DNA of 64,000 nt from Podarcis liolepis (taxonomy: Eukaryota), in the NCBI GenBank assembly GCA_965112155.1, contig OZ218100.1. The stretch is one strand, 5' to 3'. The translations under genes were made by a program, and so were the position numbers. Position 1 is the first letter of the stretch; each line of letters starts with the position of its first letter. Under the pieces are notes generated by a model, which saw only the letters and a list, made by a program, of their open reading frames with translations, was not told the DNA's origin and did not search any database. Positions 51,738-64,000 of this stretch are shown here, in pieces.

Positions 51738-51910
51738 CTTGTTTAAAAGAAAGCAGATTTGGAATCATATTCTGAGACACAGAAACAGCGTTTAAAACCC
51801 TGTAAAACATTTACCCTACAACCCCAGATATAATTATCTGGGCTAAACCCCACTGAGAACTACATCTAAGTAAAACTACTGGGTTGCATTGCATGTGTCC
51901 ATTTAATATA

Positions 51911-52095
51911 CAGTCATACCTCAGGTTGAAGTAGCTTCGGGATAAGTATTTTCGGGTTGCGTGCTGTGGTCAAAATGATGTCACGCGCATGCGCAGAAGC
52001 AGCAAATTGCGACCCGCGCACACATGGGTTGCGTTCGCTTCTGGATGCGAACGGGGCTCTGGAACGGATCCCATTCGCATCCAGAGGTACCACTG
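51911..52095. mobile_element. Tc1/pogo-type MITE, family D
   Basis: TA|CAGTCATACCTC...GAGGTACCACTG|TA. Confidence 0.82.
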
Positions 52096-52192
52096 TAGTC
52101 CTATTTCAGAACCTTTGAAATGTTAAAGGTACCACTTGCAGATGTGGGGAGAGAGAGATTTGGCCTGCTTGAGTCCATAACAGTTCCTAGTA

Positions 52193-52407
52193 CAGTGGTA
52201 CCTCGGCTTAAGAACTTAATTCGTTCTGGAGGCCTGTTCTTAACCTGAAACTGTTCTTAACCTGAAGCACCACTTTAGCTAATGGGGCCTCCCGCTGTCG
52301 CTGAGCAATTTCTGTTCTCATCCTGAAGCAAAGTTCTTAAGCCGAGGTACTATTTCTGGGTTAGCGGAGTCTGTAACCTGAAGCGTCTGTAACCCGAGGT
52401 ACCACTG
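52193..52407. mobile_element. Tc1/pogo-type MITE, family C
   Basis: TA|CAGTGGTACCTCGG...CCGAGGTACCACTG|TA. Confidence 0.92.
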
Positions 52408-53217
52408 TATACTGAAAACAGAATTAGGGGTTTGAAGTACTCATACAGCTCCACACCTAAGCCTCAAGCCCTTTAGCACTATATAGCACAGCAGAGGATG
52501 TTTGCAGTACAGCGCTTCCAAAAGCATTACAGAATTCATGCTCTAGGATGGCTGGTGATGTGAATAGGAGTACTTCTATTGCATGCAGAATACACATGGC
52601 AACTTTTTCTTTTCACTTGTACATGTGTACAAGTGCTATTTTCAGATTAAAGATCTACAGGCATTGATGAAAAGAAATGCTGTCAACATCTGCAAATAAA
52701 AGTATGTTCAATAGTGGTATTGTTTTACCCTCTGATCTAGAGTGACAATTTATGTTCAGTTTAAGAACCAATAAGCCGTTATACGAGGCCCTTCCTCAGT
52801 TTACTCATGTAATAAATAATATCTCCAAATTACTTTACAATGCTTGCCTACCAAATTGCTCTTATGAATTTAAACAATATCAGAAAATATACAAGAAAGT
52901 GGAGAGGATTACCACAAAGAACAGGTCATAGGAAAATGTTTTGCCAATGTGCTTCTAAGTATTTAAAGTGTTTGTCTCATTTCAAAGCATTAGAAAGATT
53001 AAATAGGCATGCTTTTGGTGAAGTAGCAGCTAAGCCACATTACAGCATGCAATGGAGCATGTTTCAAGATGCATTTCTGTTCAGAAAGTTTTGAAAGAGA
53101 ATTTTACAAGGTGATAATCATTATTCCACAGTTGATATAAACACTGCAATTTTGTTACTAAGAGGAACTGTGTTCCATGTATTCAACAGAAGAGGGGCAA
53201 ACTGTTCAGAGGTCTAC

Positions 53218-53326
53218 CTCTAGGTAATGTTCTTATTTCAACATAGCCATATGACGTCAGATCATGGCATAGGGTACCAAGATTATATTCTTCTGCTGTT
53301 GCAAAGGCTGTGCACTGCATCAGATC
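53218..53326 (-). CDS. RMND1: RMND1 coding exon 2
   Basis: [40 protein letters not shown] boundaries, 109 nt. Confidence 0.95.
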
Positions 53327-54375
53327 CTGTGCCAAAGGAACAAAGTTTAGTTTAAGAAAACAATCAAGTGATATATTTAGAGGACATTTATTTGGCTTAT
53401 TCACCAGCACTGTGATACACTCGACTGTTCTATGACCCCTGGTATCAAAATGCAAATGTCACACAAATACTAGGAGAGCTATCCTAGGATTTTTGCTAAT
53501 AGGTAAAATCACTGTGCTTCACAAATCCTATAATTAAGTTTCAAACTGCAAGCCTTTCATGAATACCATGGTATAAGATTCCAAGTGTAAGATCTTGCAA
53601 TAGGCTTATTTATTCATTTTGCCTGTTGAACAAGACCCAGAGCGGCCCTTTGGAAGCATCCTGGAGTTTGCAGGGTGTAGAGAGATGCAAAAGACTCAAA
53701 TGCAATATGGCTATGATCCTATACAAACTTAGTTGGGTGCAAGCCCAACATATTTTGTAGGATTCAATTCCAAATAAATAAAACCAGGCTGCAAGTGAAG
53801 TACTTGAGTAAATTACTGCCCAAATGTTTTATCCCCTTCTTTCTCTCCCCTTAAAAAGGGAGCATTATAAAGATTACTCTCATTTTCTGTAACTGGAATA
53901 AAGTATTTTTTTTGTTAACTTCAGCACTTCATATAATCTAAAAAAATGTGTTACTGACAAGTATTTTGTTATCTGGTGTGTGTCAAGATTAACACTTGCC
54001 CTCGCAAAAAATCCAACATTAACATCCAGCAGGTGGTGCTCTGCATCAAAGAAAGAGACAATTTAGTAACTCCAAATGTTTTTATGTACTATAGTCTGAG
54101 TCAGTGCAATCTCTGGCACAAGGTTTTTCCATGTGGCAGCTTTCGCTGAAGTAACCTACCCTTTCACCATGTCTGACACTTTGCCCTGTATTTTTGAGAT
54201 GGAAAAAACCACAGCAACAGAAAAAGGTGTCTGCAAAACATTTATTTGTGTGTACGGTAATTACAACCCCCCAAACGTTTTGGGTGTTTAAAACATCAGT
54301 GTTTTCAGAAACCAACCTGCATTTCAGTGACATGGAAACTTAAGAGCATACTCCACACAGCACAATATGTGCGTG

Positions 54376-54378
<3 letters not shown>

Positions 54379-54412
<34 letters not shown>
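54379..54412 (+). repeat. (AC)17 microsatellite
   Basis: Read directly. Confidence 0.93.
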
Positions 54413-54414
<2 letters not shown>

Positions 54415-54566
54415 ACACACAAACGCTTGTAGCAATGTAACTTGACCAGGAGCAGCACTTGGGAGATTGCATCACGAGTTACACAGAAATTTCACCGTAT
54501 ATAACAATTATGAAAAAAAAACGATGCTCTTTGGTGGAGGGAGCAAAAAAAGAACCTACCTAAGGC

Positions 54567-54722
54567 CAGTGCTTTTTTTCCTGGGGGTACGCATACCCCT
54601 ACGCATTTTGTAAATCTTTGTACTTTTGTCCATTTACTGTATTTATTTTGAACTATAAAATGGTGATTTTCTTGAGTCAAAATGAGAGTAGCCCTAAACA
54701 TTTATTATGAAAAAAAGTACTG
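54567..54722. mobile_element. hAT MITE
   Basis: CAGTGCTTTTTTT...AAAAAAAGTACTG. TSD CCTAAGGC/CCTAGGGC (1 mismatch). Confidence 0.85.
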
Positions 54723-55139
54723 CCTAGGGCCAAAGAAAAAGTTGGCAAGCTCTGGGGGAAACATTTTTATAAAACGATGCTTGATTTGGAAAGAATGGTG
54801 GTTTTCTTTTATTTCTGGATGGGGTGTCTGTATTTTTCAGTTCCTGTATTGAGGATACTTGCAAGGGAGGTAGGGGCAGGTAGTGTAGCTTCTAAATCGG
54901 AAAGTACAGTGACTCCAGCCTGGGAGGAAGCCTTCTGTCTGATGAAAGCCCTTCTCTTTCTTTGAGGCAGGAGAGGTTTGGTGGGAAGATAAAAGCATTC
55001 TTGCCTGTGCTCAGAGTCACTTTTTGCACATTTCAGCTGACTGGTAAAAAATATTGTCAGGTATCAATTCCAGCTACAATTCTCATGCCTACTTCACAAT
55101 GTGGTTCACTGCAGATGTTTAAAAAAGAATGGTTTAGAC

Positions 55140-55402
55140 CAGGGGTCAGTAAGGTTTATCTTGCCTGGCCTGTTCGGTCGCACGGTGATCCCTCCATGAG
55201 CCGGATTGCGTGCGTGCGATTTTTGGCCTCTGCGTCTGCACAGACGCGATTTTCGGCGCTGCAGAAACAAGTCCCCGTGCCATGCTGCACCAGTTTAGCG
55301 CAGTGCATGAGCAGGCAGCTCGGTTTGGGGGCGGCTCGTGGGCCAGTCAAATGACCTCTGCGGGCTGCTTCCGGCCTATGGGCCTTAGGTTGCTGACCCC
55401 TG
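55140..55402. mobile_element. hAT (Charlie-like) MITE
   Basis: CAGGGGTCAGTAA...TTGCTGACCCCTG. Perfect 8-bp TSD GTTTAGAC. Confidence 0.92.
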
Positions 55403-56800
55403 GTTTAGACTGAGACTGGAAAAGTAGCCATAGTTTACTGTTAGTCTATATTGATACCATCTGTGAGCCAGCTAGGGTTTTCAGAGCTGTTCTCTACAGT
55501 GCAGCAGTGGCTAAACTGCTTTGGCCCAAGGGCTGCATTGACGGTCAACCACCCCTCTAAGGGTTATATGCCAGTGGCGTGCATAGATGACATATTCACA
55601 TTTGTATACACACACTCTATACACACCCCTCACCACACATACACAACGCACATATATACTCTCACTAGACATGATGGTCTCTTGTCTCTCTCTCTGAAAT
55701 ATATGCATTCATACACTCTCACATATAAACACATGCACACACAGGTGCAGTCACATAACCAACATTTCCATGTCTGTCCACTCCAGGTGGCTGAAAACAC
55801 TGCCTTTTACTTTGCAGAGTAAGCAGCTGTATTTCTCTCCACCCCACTTCAGCGCTGGAATGAAGGTAGGTAGAAATGCTGCCTTCTACTCTTAAAGAGC
55901 AGGCAGGGGGTATTTCTGATGTTAGAAGAGCCTTCTGCCTGCTCTTTATTTCTAGAGAGCAGCAAGCCCACTTTACCCATAGATTTCAGAGGGGCTCTCT
56001 GTAGCTGCCAGTCAGCCAATCTGTATTTACAGCAAGCCTCTTTGAAGACACGCTCCAAGGAACAATCAGCTGCTTGGTGCTGAAAGTACATCTTCAAAGG
56101 AGGTTGCCAAATCCACCAATCAGTTGATTGGCAGATACAGCTACCTCCTTTCAGATTTAACAGGTACCAATCACCTGATGTCATTATGAGTGGGTGCTCC
56201 TTCCCACCTGTCCAAGATGGCCTGCAGGGATTGAGGGAATTAGGAATCCAAATCACCATCCAGATTCAGCTCCCTATCCCTGAAGCAGTTGCTTGCTGAG
56301 TATATTTAAATGCCACATCTATTCAAATACTGGTTTTCTTTTCACAATTTAAGCAGGTTCATTTTTGTTCTATCTAGGGTTTCTATCATGCATTTTAAGT
56401 GAATATTATTTTTAATTCAAAGAGGGTCTTAAACTGTGCCTAGCAAGCCCCCACACACCAAAACTGATGCAACATATCTTCAACAGCACTCAAATGCCAC
56501 CACTAAGGCAGGAATGAAAATAGAAGTAACATGACAAGAGTCATAGGGACTTTAGTAAAAAGAAAACGAAACCTCATATTTGTGCATGAACGCTCTTCCT
56601 TGGTCTGCAGTCATCGACACAGCCAAAGTTGAGGAATTGGGTCAAGAAAGAGTTCATGCTTTCATGGGCTGTCCCACCCTGTACTGTTAGGAAGACAGGA
56701 GTTTTCTCATTCCTGCATAATACTTGTTATGAAACATTATTCTGGTCTTCATAACCCTTCAGTGTTATAAGTACTACACTTCAAAGTTTTAATACTTTAC

Positions 56801-57298
56801 CTCAGTTTCAGACGGTAGTGGCAGATTAGCTCTAGATGGCTGCTTGGTCCTCGATGCTTTTGGTAGCCTTTTAGCTGGCAAAATATGTTGATTTGGCATA
56901 ATTTTACTACTTGATAAAACTGAATAATGTCTATTTGGTATATCTGTAAATTTTCTCATACACTTTGCATTGTGCTTGGAACTTGTGTTTTTAAGAGCAC
57001 AAAATTGTTCCCTGTGTGGTGGACAAACATGCATACTCAAATAATTCACAGTCTTTGCTGCAATAGGAACGTTAGCTTGTGGTCTCTGCCATTCCTTGGC
57101 TTGCACACAAAGCCTGCTTAAGCAAGAAGTTGTTGCCTCTGGAATGCAGATACTGATGGATCTACATGCTAATAAAGAATTGCTTGACACCCCTTGAAGA
57201 TTGTTGCTTGATGCTGAAAGCCCATATTTATGCAAGTGTTGGCAGTGGCTTGTTTTGTGTGAAGATCTAGCCAGGAATCTCAGTAGTTTAGTTGCCAT
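56801..57298 (-). CDS. RMND1: RMND1 coding exon 1 (exon begins at 57312)
   Basis: MATKLLRFLARS...KRLPKASRTKQPSRANLPLPSETE, with a basic mitochondrial-presequence-like N-terminus. Acceptor cattcag, donor GAG|gtaaag. 498 nt. Confidence 0.93.
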
Positions 57299-58962
57299 CT
57301 TTTCACTGTGTCCTGAATGAGAGAGTTATAGTGCATCAGCTTTCTGACAAGGAGCAATATTTATCATTTTATAAAAACAGTTCTGCACTACAGCAAGTCA
57401 ATCACATCAATAATAGGGCTCGTTCTGCATTCATAGGCTCAGCTTCAAATGAAGCAAGCAAGGAAGACTGCAGCAATACATTTACTTTACCCACCACAGC
57501 AACATAATGGCCAAACATGGGGTCAGATCAAAATATTCTCATCAAAATATCTGTTCTCAAACATATTAAAATTTGGTTAACGGCAAACAGGGAGATGCAT
57601 CTTTCTTCCTTTTAGCATAACTTTAACCAGCCAAAGGTAACTCAACAGAATCTGTGAGTCAGCCAATAACTAAGACAGTGAGTGTTCAGTTTCACCAACT
57701 GGGGAACAGGATAGGCTAATAAATTAGACACATCATACACTGAAACACGTTGAATAGCATGGTACTCTGACTGAATAAGGTCAAAATGTATTCCTTAGAC
57801 CCTAGGTTCTTAGATTGTGGTGTGGCATAGGGCACCTAAAGGAAAATTATTTGAGAATGGCCCTACAGTAGCTGGGATCCACTAGTGAAGGTTTGGCATT
57901 TCAGTCACCTCTGCCTTCATGTAGATGGCACAACTTTGCTGTGAGGTGTGAGGAGATGAAGTTATAGTGACAGAAGCTCATATGACACTTTCCACTTCTT
58001 CTCATCCCTGCAGGTGAGACTTGGCACTGCTCAATGTACTTGGCTCTGCTCAATGTACAGATGGAGGAGCTACTGCCATATTACCTAGCTTCAGGCCACA
58101 TAAACACAGCTTTGTGAAAGAACTAGGCACTTGCCTGCATAAAGATTGTCAGCGCTGAGCTGGGTGGAATGGAATTACGGTAGAACCCAGTTCCAAGAGC
58201 TTGAGAAGTGCTGCCTTAATGGTCTATCTTGCATTTGACTGTCACTCACATGATCGTTCCCCCTACAACTGCCGGATATCTCAACACAGGTCCAATCTTT
58301 CCTTCACTGCAGAATTTTCTCCCTCAGGCCAGGCCATTCCTGCACCAATCATATTAGTATTATTTGGATCAGAAAAAGCTGGATTCCGGGGCCCCCAGGA
58401 ACTACAGGAAACATGGGAAATGCCCAGGAATCATGGGAGCCGTAGGGCCTCAGTATCTTCCCAGCCTTGCCCTGAAACCCTCCCTTACAGCGCCCAGGTG
58501 ACAGGTGAAATTAAGGGTGAAACCCACACCGCTTCCCGCATTCATGCCAGAGCGCCTCCATTCCTCCCACTAACAAGACCGGAAGGTTGCGGGGAAGGAC
58601 TCCGCTGGGAACCATATTGCGAGCGCAAAAGGCGACCCGCCGCAGGTAACCATCACAGTATCCGATTAGGGCGCTTTAAGCGGGTGCGGGAGGAATGACC
58701 CCCCCCTCCGCTCGCACTCTGCCCCATGCGCGCGCCCCAAACACCATCCAATCAGAGGGAGACCCAGTTCCACGCGCAGGAGCCTTTTACCAACCTGGCG
58801 CCGAAGCACAAGGTGGGAGGAGGACCCGCTCTCTCCACGGAGGGCCGGCGGAGCCACAGAGTCAGCCCCGCCCCCTCCGTCTGTGCGGTTGACGCGCGAC
58901 GTCATATTCCCCGCCCAAGAGCGCCGATGAAGGTCGCCGCCTCCCCCTGAGGAGGCGATTAC

Positions 58963-59040
58963 CCGCAAGGCCTCGCGTTTCGTTTGGCTGTGTATCCCTC
59001 CGCCGGCCCTCCTTTACCGAAGGGGCTGGTTTGCTTCAGC
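58963..59040 (-). other. RMND1: Probable RMND1 non-coding first exon (5' end approximate)
   Basis: Minus-strand donor TTGCGG|gtaatc at 58963/58962 inside the CpG island shared with ARMT1. Not confirmed by transcript data. Confidence 0.55.
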
Positions 59041-59150
59041 GCCCCTCCTCCCTAAGCCCGTTGAGCGAGGGAGCTCAGCCGCCGACCAATGGGAACAGGC
59101 GTTGCTTGGGAAAGCGCGCAGCTGCGCCGGGCGGCGCTACGATGAGCAAA

Positions 59151-59203
59151 ATGGCGGCGCCGACGGCAACGCTGCCGCCTCAGCTCGCGGGCAAGTTCAA
59201 GGG
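59151..59203 (+). CDS. ARMT1: ARMT1 (C6orf211/DCPH1) coding exon 1; in-frame upstream ATG at 59142
   Basis: aaaATGG strong Kozak. MAAPTATLPPQLAGKFK-G. Donor GG|gtgcgt in phase 2, joining exon 2 to give G-SFAY. Confidence 0.85.
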
Positions 59204-60438
59204 GTGCGTCCCGTCTCCGCCGCTTCGTCGGGGGCTCTGAGAAACGGGTGGGCGAGGGGTGAACCGTCGGCCATTCGCGGGGAGGCTGGAGCTGTAGAGT
59301 ACCAGGGGACAAGGGTCCGGGTCTCTTCCCCTTCTCGCTCGGAGAGCCGGGGCGGCTGAAAACGCGGCACTCTAGTGAGCCGCTGTTTTCCATTTCTGCT
59401 CTTCTTCCTCCGAGCTCCAGTTCGCTTTGCACGGAAAGCCGACTTCCAGATTCGGAGCTGCCTCCGCGAATTATTTGCGAGTGTGGCATTTGGGGTCTCA
59501 GAGGGGTGTCTGTTCCCCGCACTTTGAACCGCTTCTGGTTGGGAAAGGGAGGTTTCGCAATAGAAGCCAGGAACACAGTGGCCTTTTTCGGCTGTCAGTG
59601 GGTGGTTGGGTCCGCTCCAACCCTCGTGCTGCAAGTATTCACGTTTTCCCTGCTCCTCCTGCAAATCACTCGGTGGTTTGCAAAACCAAGTTTTCTATTA
59701 CGTCGCAACAAAGCATAAACCATACATGTTTCTGAGCCGGAATTAGAAGTGAGTTTCCCATTCAGGCTTGAGGCAAAACCAGGAAGTTAAGTCAGAGGAA
59801 CAGAGCGTATGTGAAGCTAAGTTTGAGATGTCCAAATCATGATTTGAGCAATGTCTTTGACAGAGGACTATTTAATCAATATGTTTGTATTCTCGCGTAT
59901 TACATTTTATTTTAACCATGCAGTTTTCTTTGACACAGAACCTATGGGCTGCATGCTGCTTGTCATGGGAGGTGGGGCGCTGGGGGGGGGGGTAGTGAGG
60001 CCAAAATTTGACACACACCATAACCTTCTGGCAGGGTCCTAGAGCCCTGCTGCCTCCTCAAAGCTTGGAAGTGCTAACTAGGCTTTGGGAATGAGGCGTG
60101 AGAGCTCTAGGACCCTGTCAGAGCCCTCATGCCTCCTTCCCAAAGCCAAGCGCCTCCTTACTTTGCTTTGGGAAGGCAGTGCAAGGGCTTGGGGGGGGGG
60201 TCAAGATGATCCTTGTGGTCCCTTCCAACTGTACAATTCTATGAAAACCATTTTTGAAAATATGTTTATCTACTGTGAAACCCAGCAATAATACTTGAAT
60301 TGCCATTGATTAACAAATCATACATTTTCGTACTATTCTAGACAATAATTCAGATGTACTGACATCAGAAACAAGGCATTGTCTCCCCCTCCTCTTTTTT
60401 GAAGAGAACTAAGTTGTTTGTTTGTTAATAGTAAAGAA

Positions 60439-60525
60439 ATAATAATAATAACAATAACAATAACAACAATAATATGGTGCCCATCTGACTGGGTAACCCC
60501 AGCTACTCTAGGCGGCTTCCAACAA
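60439..60525 (-). mobile_element. LINE 3' end with (AAT/AAC)n tail
   Basis: aataataacaat... then cccatctgactgggtaaccccagctactctaggcggcttccaaca, typical of a reverse-strand lizard L2 terminus. Confidence 0.6.
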
Positions 60526-61426
60526 ATTAAATGAATGTCTGAAGACTGACATTTTGGTTTTAAGATAAAGATTATTAAAAATGTTACCCAGAGTAATAAA
60601 TACCATCCTTTAGATATGAATTAGAATATTTAGCTTATTTGAACAAGTTCTTATTGGTCTGGGACATGGTTTAAGGAAGTTGCTGTGAACATATGAAGAT
60701 GAAGTGTAACTGCAATAATCCATCCTTTATTTTCCATGGTAAACTGTGTGAGATTAAGACCACAAAACTTTCCCCCTGCAAGTCTGGACACTTGGAAGTA
60801 ATATTTCTGCTTAATTTTCATATATGGAATCAGTGTATTGCTTAGGACTGCATATCAGTTGGGCAAAATCTTAATGGCTTCAATGTGATAAATACTGTGT
60901 TTGCATTGAGATGTGGTGTGGAGGGGTATGAGAGGTTTAGAAAAAGGCTGTGTTTAGACATAATGATAAACCATAATTTATTGTGTATAAGAATAATAGA
61001 CCTGGGCTCCTTCCCTCTGCTCTTTCTCCTCCAGAGCCACAAGGCGGTGATGGGAAGCTTTCACTTCTAATTTCAGTTTTTTACAACCGTAAATTGTGGT
61101 TAATCTTAAATATGGCATGTTTCAAACAAAGTTTAACCAGTTCGTCAAGTTCAAGCAAGAAGATGAGCGTTGGTTTAATGAAAATGGAAGTAAAACTTTC
61201 CAAGCTTGTCTTATCTACAACAGGGAGGGAAGGCGTATGCAAGCTTGGGAGGAGGTGAGGCTCACTTTGTGAGCCAACATAATTATGGGTTACCATGATA
61301 TCTGAACACAGCAGTTTACTCCTTCTGTGTAGAAATTAACTGTAATAAAGTTGCCTGATGGTGATTCTGATGGTGATGGAAGTGGCTATTTACAAGCCTA
61401 AAACAATATTGTTTTGTTCTTCATAG

Positions 61427-61532
61427 ATCCTTCGCATACAATACAATTAAAGATAGGCTGCCTCTAATCCTGACTAAAGTTATTGATACTCTGCATCGAC
61501 ACAGAAATGAATTCTTTGAAGAACATGGAGAA
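61427..61532 (+). CDS. ARMT1: ARMT1 coding exon 2
   Basis: SFAYNTIKDRLPLILTKVIDTLHRHRNEFFEEHGE. tcatag|...|gtaaga, 106 nt. Confidence 0.95.
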
Positions 61533-61648
61533 GTAAGAAATTGCTGCCTTTTATTCTTTCTCTTTCAATGCTGTTCTCTTAAAAACCTTAAGCAAATCAA
61601 ACTTTGTGTAATTATTTCTGCATGCTTAAGAAAATATTTTTCTGCTTC

Positions 61649-61930
61649 CATAAGAACATACAAAGAGCCTTGCTAGCACAAACTAAAAAGCCAGTATCCT
61701 TAGTGGCCCATGTATTTGTCTCAATTTTCCATTCAAGCCTTTTCAGCTAGTGGCCCTCATCACATCTTTTGGCAGTGAATTACATAAATTATTCCTTGTG
61801 TGACCAAGTACTTTTCTGTCCTGAATCTGCTGCCATCTGTTTAACCAGATAACCCCAAGTTCTAGAATTCTCTGTCCACTTTTCCCATGCCATGCATAAT
61901 TTTATAAACCTGTAACGTCTCAGTCACCCT
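61649..61930 (-). mobile_element. Degraded CR1 LINE 3' fragment
   Basis: cataagaacatacaaagagcc...catcacatcttttggcagtgaatt...tgtgtgaccaagtac...ataattttataaacc. Confidence 0.65.
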
Positions 61931-62125
61931 AGGCCCTGAGGCTACAAGTTGCCTACCTATGGACTAAAGCATTTGGTTGTCATGTTTGACACTTGGGTTC
62001 TGGACTTTCGCTTTTGATTGGAATTCAATCAAGTTATTGCAACTCTACAATTTATTGAAGAACATAACTTTATGAACAAAACACATTCAGATTGAAAACA
62101 TTTATCCATTTTCTCTTAATTTTAG

Positions 62126-62361
62126 AAAGGTATTGAATCTGAGAAGAAAGCTATAGCCTACCTCTCCAGGTTACGGAATGAGCTGCAGACAGACAAACCA
62201 CTGATTGCCTTGACTGATAACCTCCCTGACAGCACTCTCTGGAACCAGTGCTTAGAATATCATCAAAGTTTATCAGATGAACCACCAAGCTGGTTTCAGT
62301 CTCCTTGGCTATATACAGAGTGTTATATGTATCGTAGAATTCATGAGGCACTCGCTCAAAA
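62126..62361 (+). CDS. ARMT1: ARMT1 coding exon 3 (gene continues beyond window)
   Basis: KGIESEKKAIAYLSRLRNELQTDKPL...WNQCLEYHQ...WFQSPWLYTECYMYRRIHEALAQ (DUF89). tttag|...|gtaagc. Confidence 0.95.
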
Positions 62362-63617
62362 GTAAGCATGTGTGTTGTTTGCTGTTGTATCGTTTCCGTC
62401 TGTGGGATGGGGAACTGGGGAATAAAGTTCAAGCTTAAGGTAAAACAGAGAAAATAACTCAATCTTAAGTGCCAGCTGTTTTCCTTTTTTTATTCCTTCT
62501 CCTGACTTCTAGTCAGCAACAGAGTGATAGTTGCCTCTTGCATCTGGCACCAGGAGCCAGAGCAACATAGCAGCAGTTTGGGTAAATAGACACCATCCTG
62601 TGAAGGACTCCAACAGCCATTTCTGGGCTTCGGTTATTTCCTCTGAAACCTGCTATGCGGTACACAGATCAACAGCAGAGTGCCAGTGGAACATCTGAAG
62701 ACTGGGGAAGGTGAACTTTGTTCCTTCCTAGTGACTCTTGTCTATTTCATGCATTCTTAATATTTTCTAATCCACCTCAAAACCTAATTTAGTAGGTATA
62801 GTATAACTACAAGTTGGAATTTTAGTGTCACTTCTTGCTACAAATTTTGAAGTCTTTGTAATTCTCTTCTTCCTTTGCTTTCTGATTAATGATAGACCTG
62901 TAAAGTGATTTGTTCACTTTAGCCTACAGCTTAATTGAATGAAACGAAAACTGTTGGCTACTTTCTTTTTTGAACCCCACCCATAGAAAAAACAGCCATC
63001 AAATAAAATAAAAAAATCAGTTGAAAAATACTGTAAAGTTAATGTGATAAGAATAATTATATTAATTTACGTAACTTATAACCCACTTTCACAGCTTATA
63101 CAGTGCCTCAGGATATAGTAGTTACCCAAATCTGGAGTACAGATTGCATGTGGAGTCCTATCAGATGACATTGAAATGATGAGGAAAAAATTGTTAACAT
63201 TATTTTCTCCTGTTCCTGGAAGGATGAAGGAATACCTTGTTTCTTGGGAAGAAAAAAATGTAAAGTTCGTTTCAATTTTGAAACCATTCTGTGTTTCATA
63301 ATTACAATGTTTATTTGTTATATATTATTGCTTGGAATTATTTCTCTATAAAAGGTCGTATAAGCTCATTAAAATGTCAAGAAATGTGTGCTTTGCTTAT
63401 GAATTAATTATTTTAAATAACAAAAAACATTTTATATTGAACAACTTCAGATATTTGATTTCTGTACTTCTGTCATTTTTATTAGACAGGAGCCATGTGT
63501 GTTAATAAGGGAGGAAAAAAATATGAAATATTCCTGGTATATTTATAACTCAAGCTATTCTTTCCTTCTCATGCATTTGTGTACCACGTCCAAACCACTG
63601 GTCAGAGTTGGGTAATA

Positions 63618-63798
63618 GGGAACAACTGCAGCTCAGTAATAGAGTATCTGCTTATCAAGCATAAGCTCCTAGTTTCAATCTCTGGCATTTCCATGTAGGA
63701 ATGGGAATGTTCTGTATGAAAACCCTGAAGAGCTGCTGCCAGTCAGTGTAGACAGTACTGAACTACATTGGACCAATGCAGAAGGCAGCTTATGATTT
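63618..63798 (+). mobile_element. tRNA-derived SINE with CR1-like tail (Squam3-type)
   Basis: AGCTCAGT..TAGAG A-box, GTTTCAATC B-box, GAAAACCCTGAAGAGCTGCTGCCAGTCAGTGTAGACA..GGACCAATG..AAGGCAGCTT. Confidence 0.82.
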
Positions 63799-64000
63799 TA
63801 TATATTTGTTGCATGTATCTTATTTGGTAAATATGAACTGCAGATTAAACATTCCTGCTTTCTGCTCTTGGCCAAGGAAAGAGAATAGTGGTGGGATGGA
63901 TTGGTGTATTTATGATGAATGCTACAAGTATGATGAGCAGGGGCAGGGAGAATCCGAGAACTTTTGTATTTGTTCTCAAACACCTTTCTAACATTTACAT

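Larger units (their letters stand above)
58490..59620. promoter_or_regulatory. RMND1/ARMT1 bidirectional CpG-island promoter
   Basis: CpG-dense. CCAAT at 58748 and 59086, GC box GCCCCGCCCC at ~58865, CRE-like GACGTCA at ~58899, YY1 motif CAAAATGGCGGC at 59147-59158. Genes are head-to-head. Confidence 0.88.

Noticed and set aside
58201-59735. ORFs of 65-174 aa in the RMND1/ARMT1 island
   Set aside because: CpG-island artefacts, except the 53-nt ARMT1 exon 1.
63618-63700. tRNA gene-like A/B boxes (also at 28007 and 32478)
   Set aside because: These are SINE heads continuing into LINE-derived tails, with no intact cloverleaf.
62362-64000. ARMT1 exon 4
   Set aside because: No segment encoding the expected PPI..FDVF.ESK continuation was seen; it is presumably beyond the window.

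Overview
Vertebrate genomic DNA, almost certainly a squamate reptile and probably a lacertid lizard (inferred from Sauria/Squam SINEs, a BovB LINE end and many hAT and Tc1/pogo MITEs). It carries the conserved AKAP12(+) - ZBTB2(-) - RMND1(-) - ARMT1(+) block (human 6q25.1, upstream of CCDC170/ESR1). AKAP12: giant coding exon 7566-14664 plus a non-coding terminal exon from 16830; upstream exons lie outside the window. ZBTB2: complete, 2 coding exons, 512 aa, CpG-island promoter. RMND1: complete, 11 coding exons, 447 aa. ARMT1: exons 1-3, head-to-head with RMND1. Most short ORFs in the track are spurious. The most unusual object is a young 1427-bp non-autonomous hAT element (36273-37699, perfect 15-bp TIRs, perfect 8-bp TSD). 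Its interior looks like a captured host CpG-island promoter, first coding exon and intron start, i.e. a Pack-MULE-like 'Pack-hAT'. AKAP12 also has a degenerate 9-aa (27-nt) repeat tract that enlarges the protein relative to human. Comparisons with human orthologues and repeat consensus sequences are from memory, not from a search.
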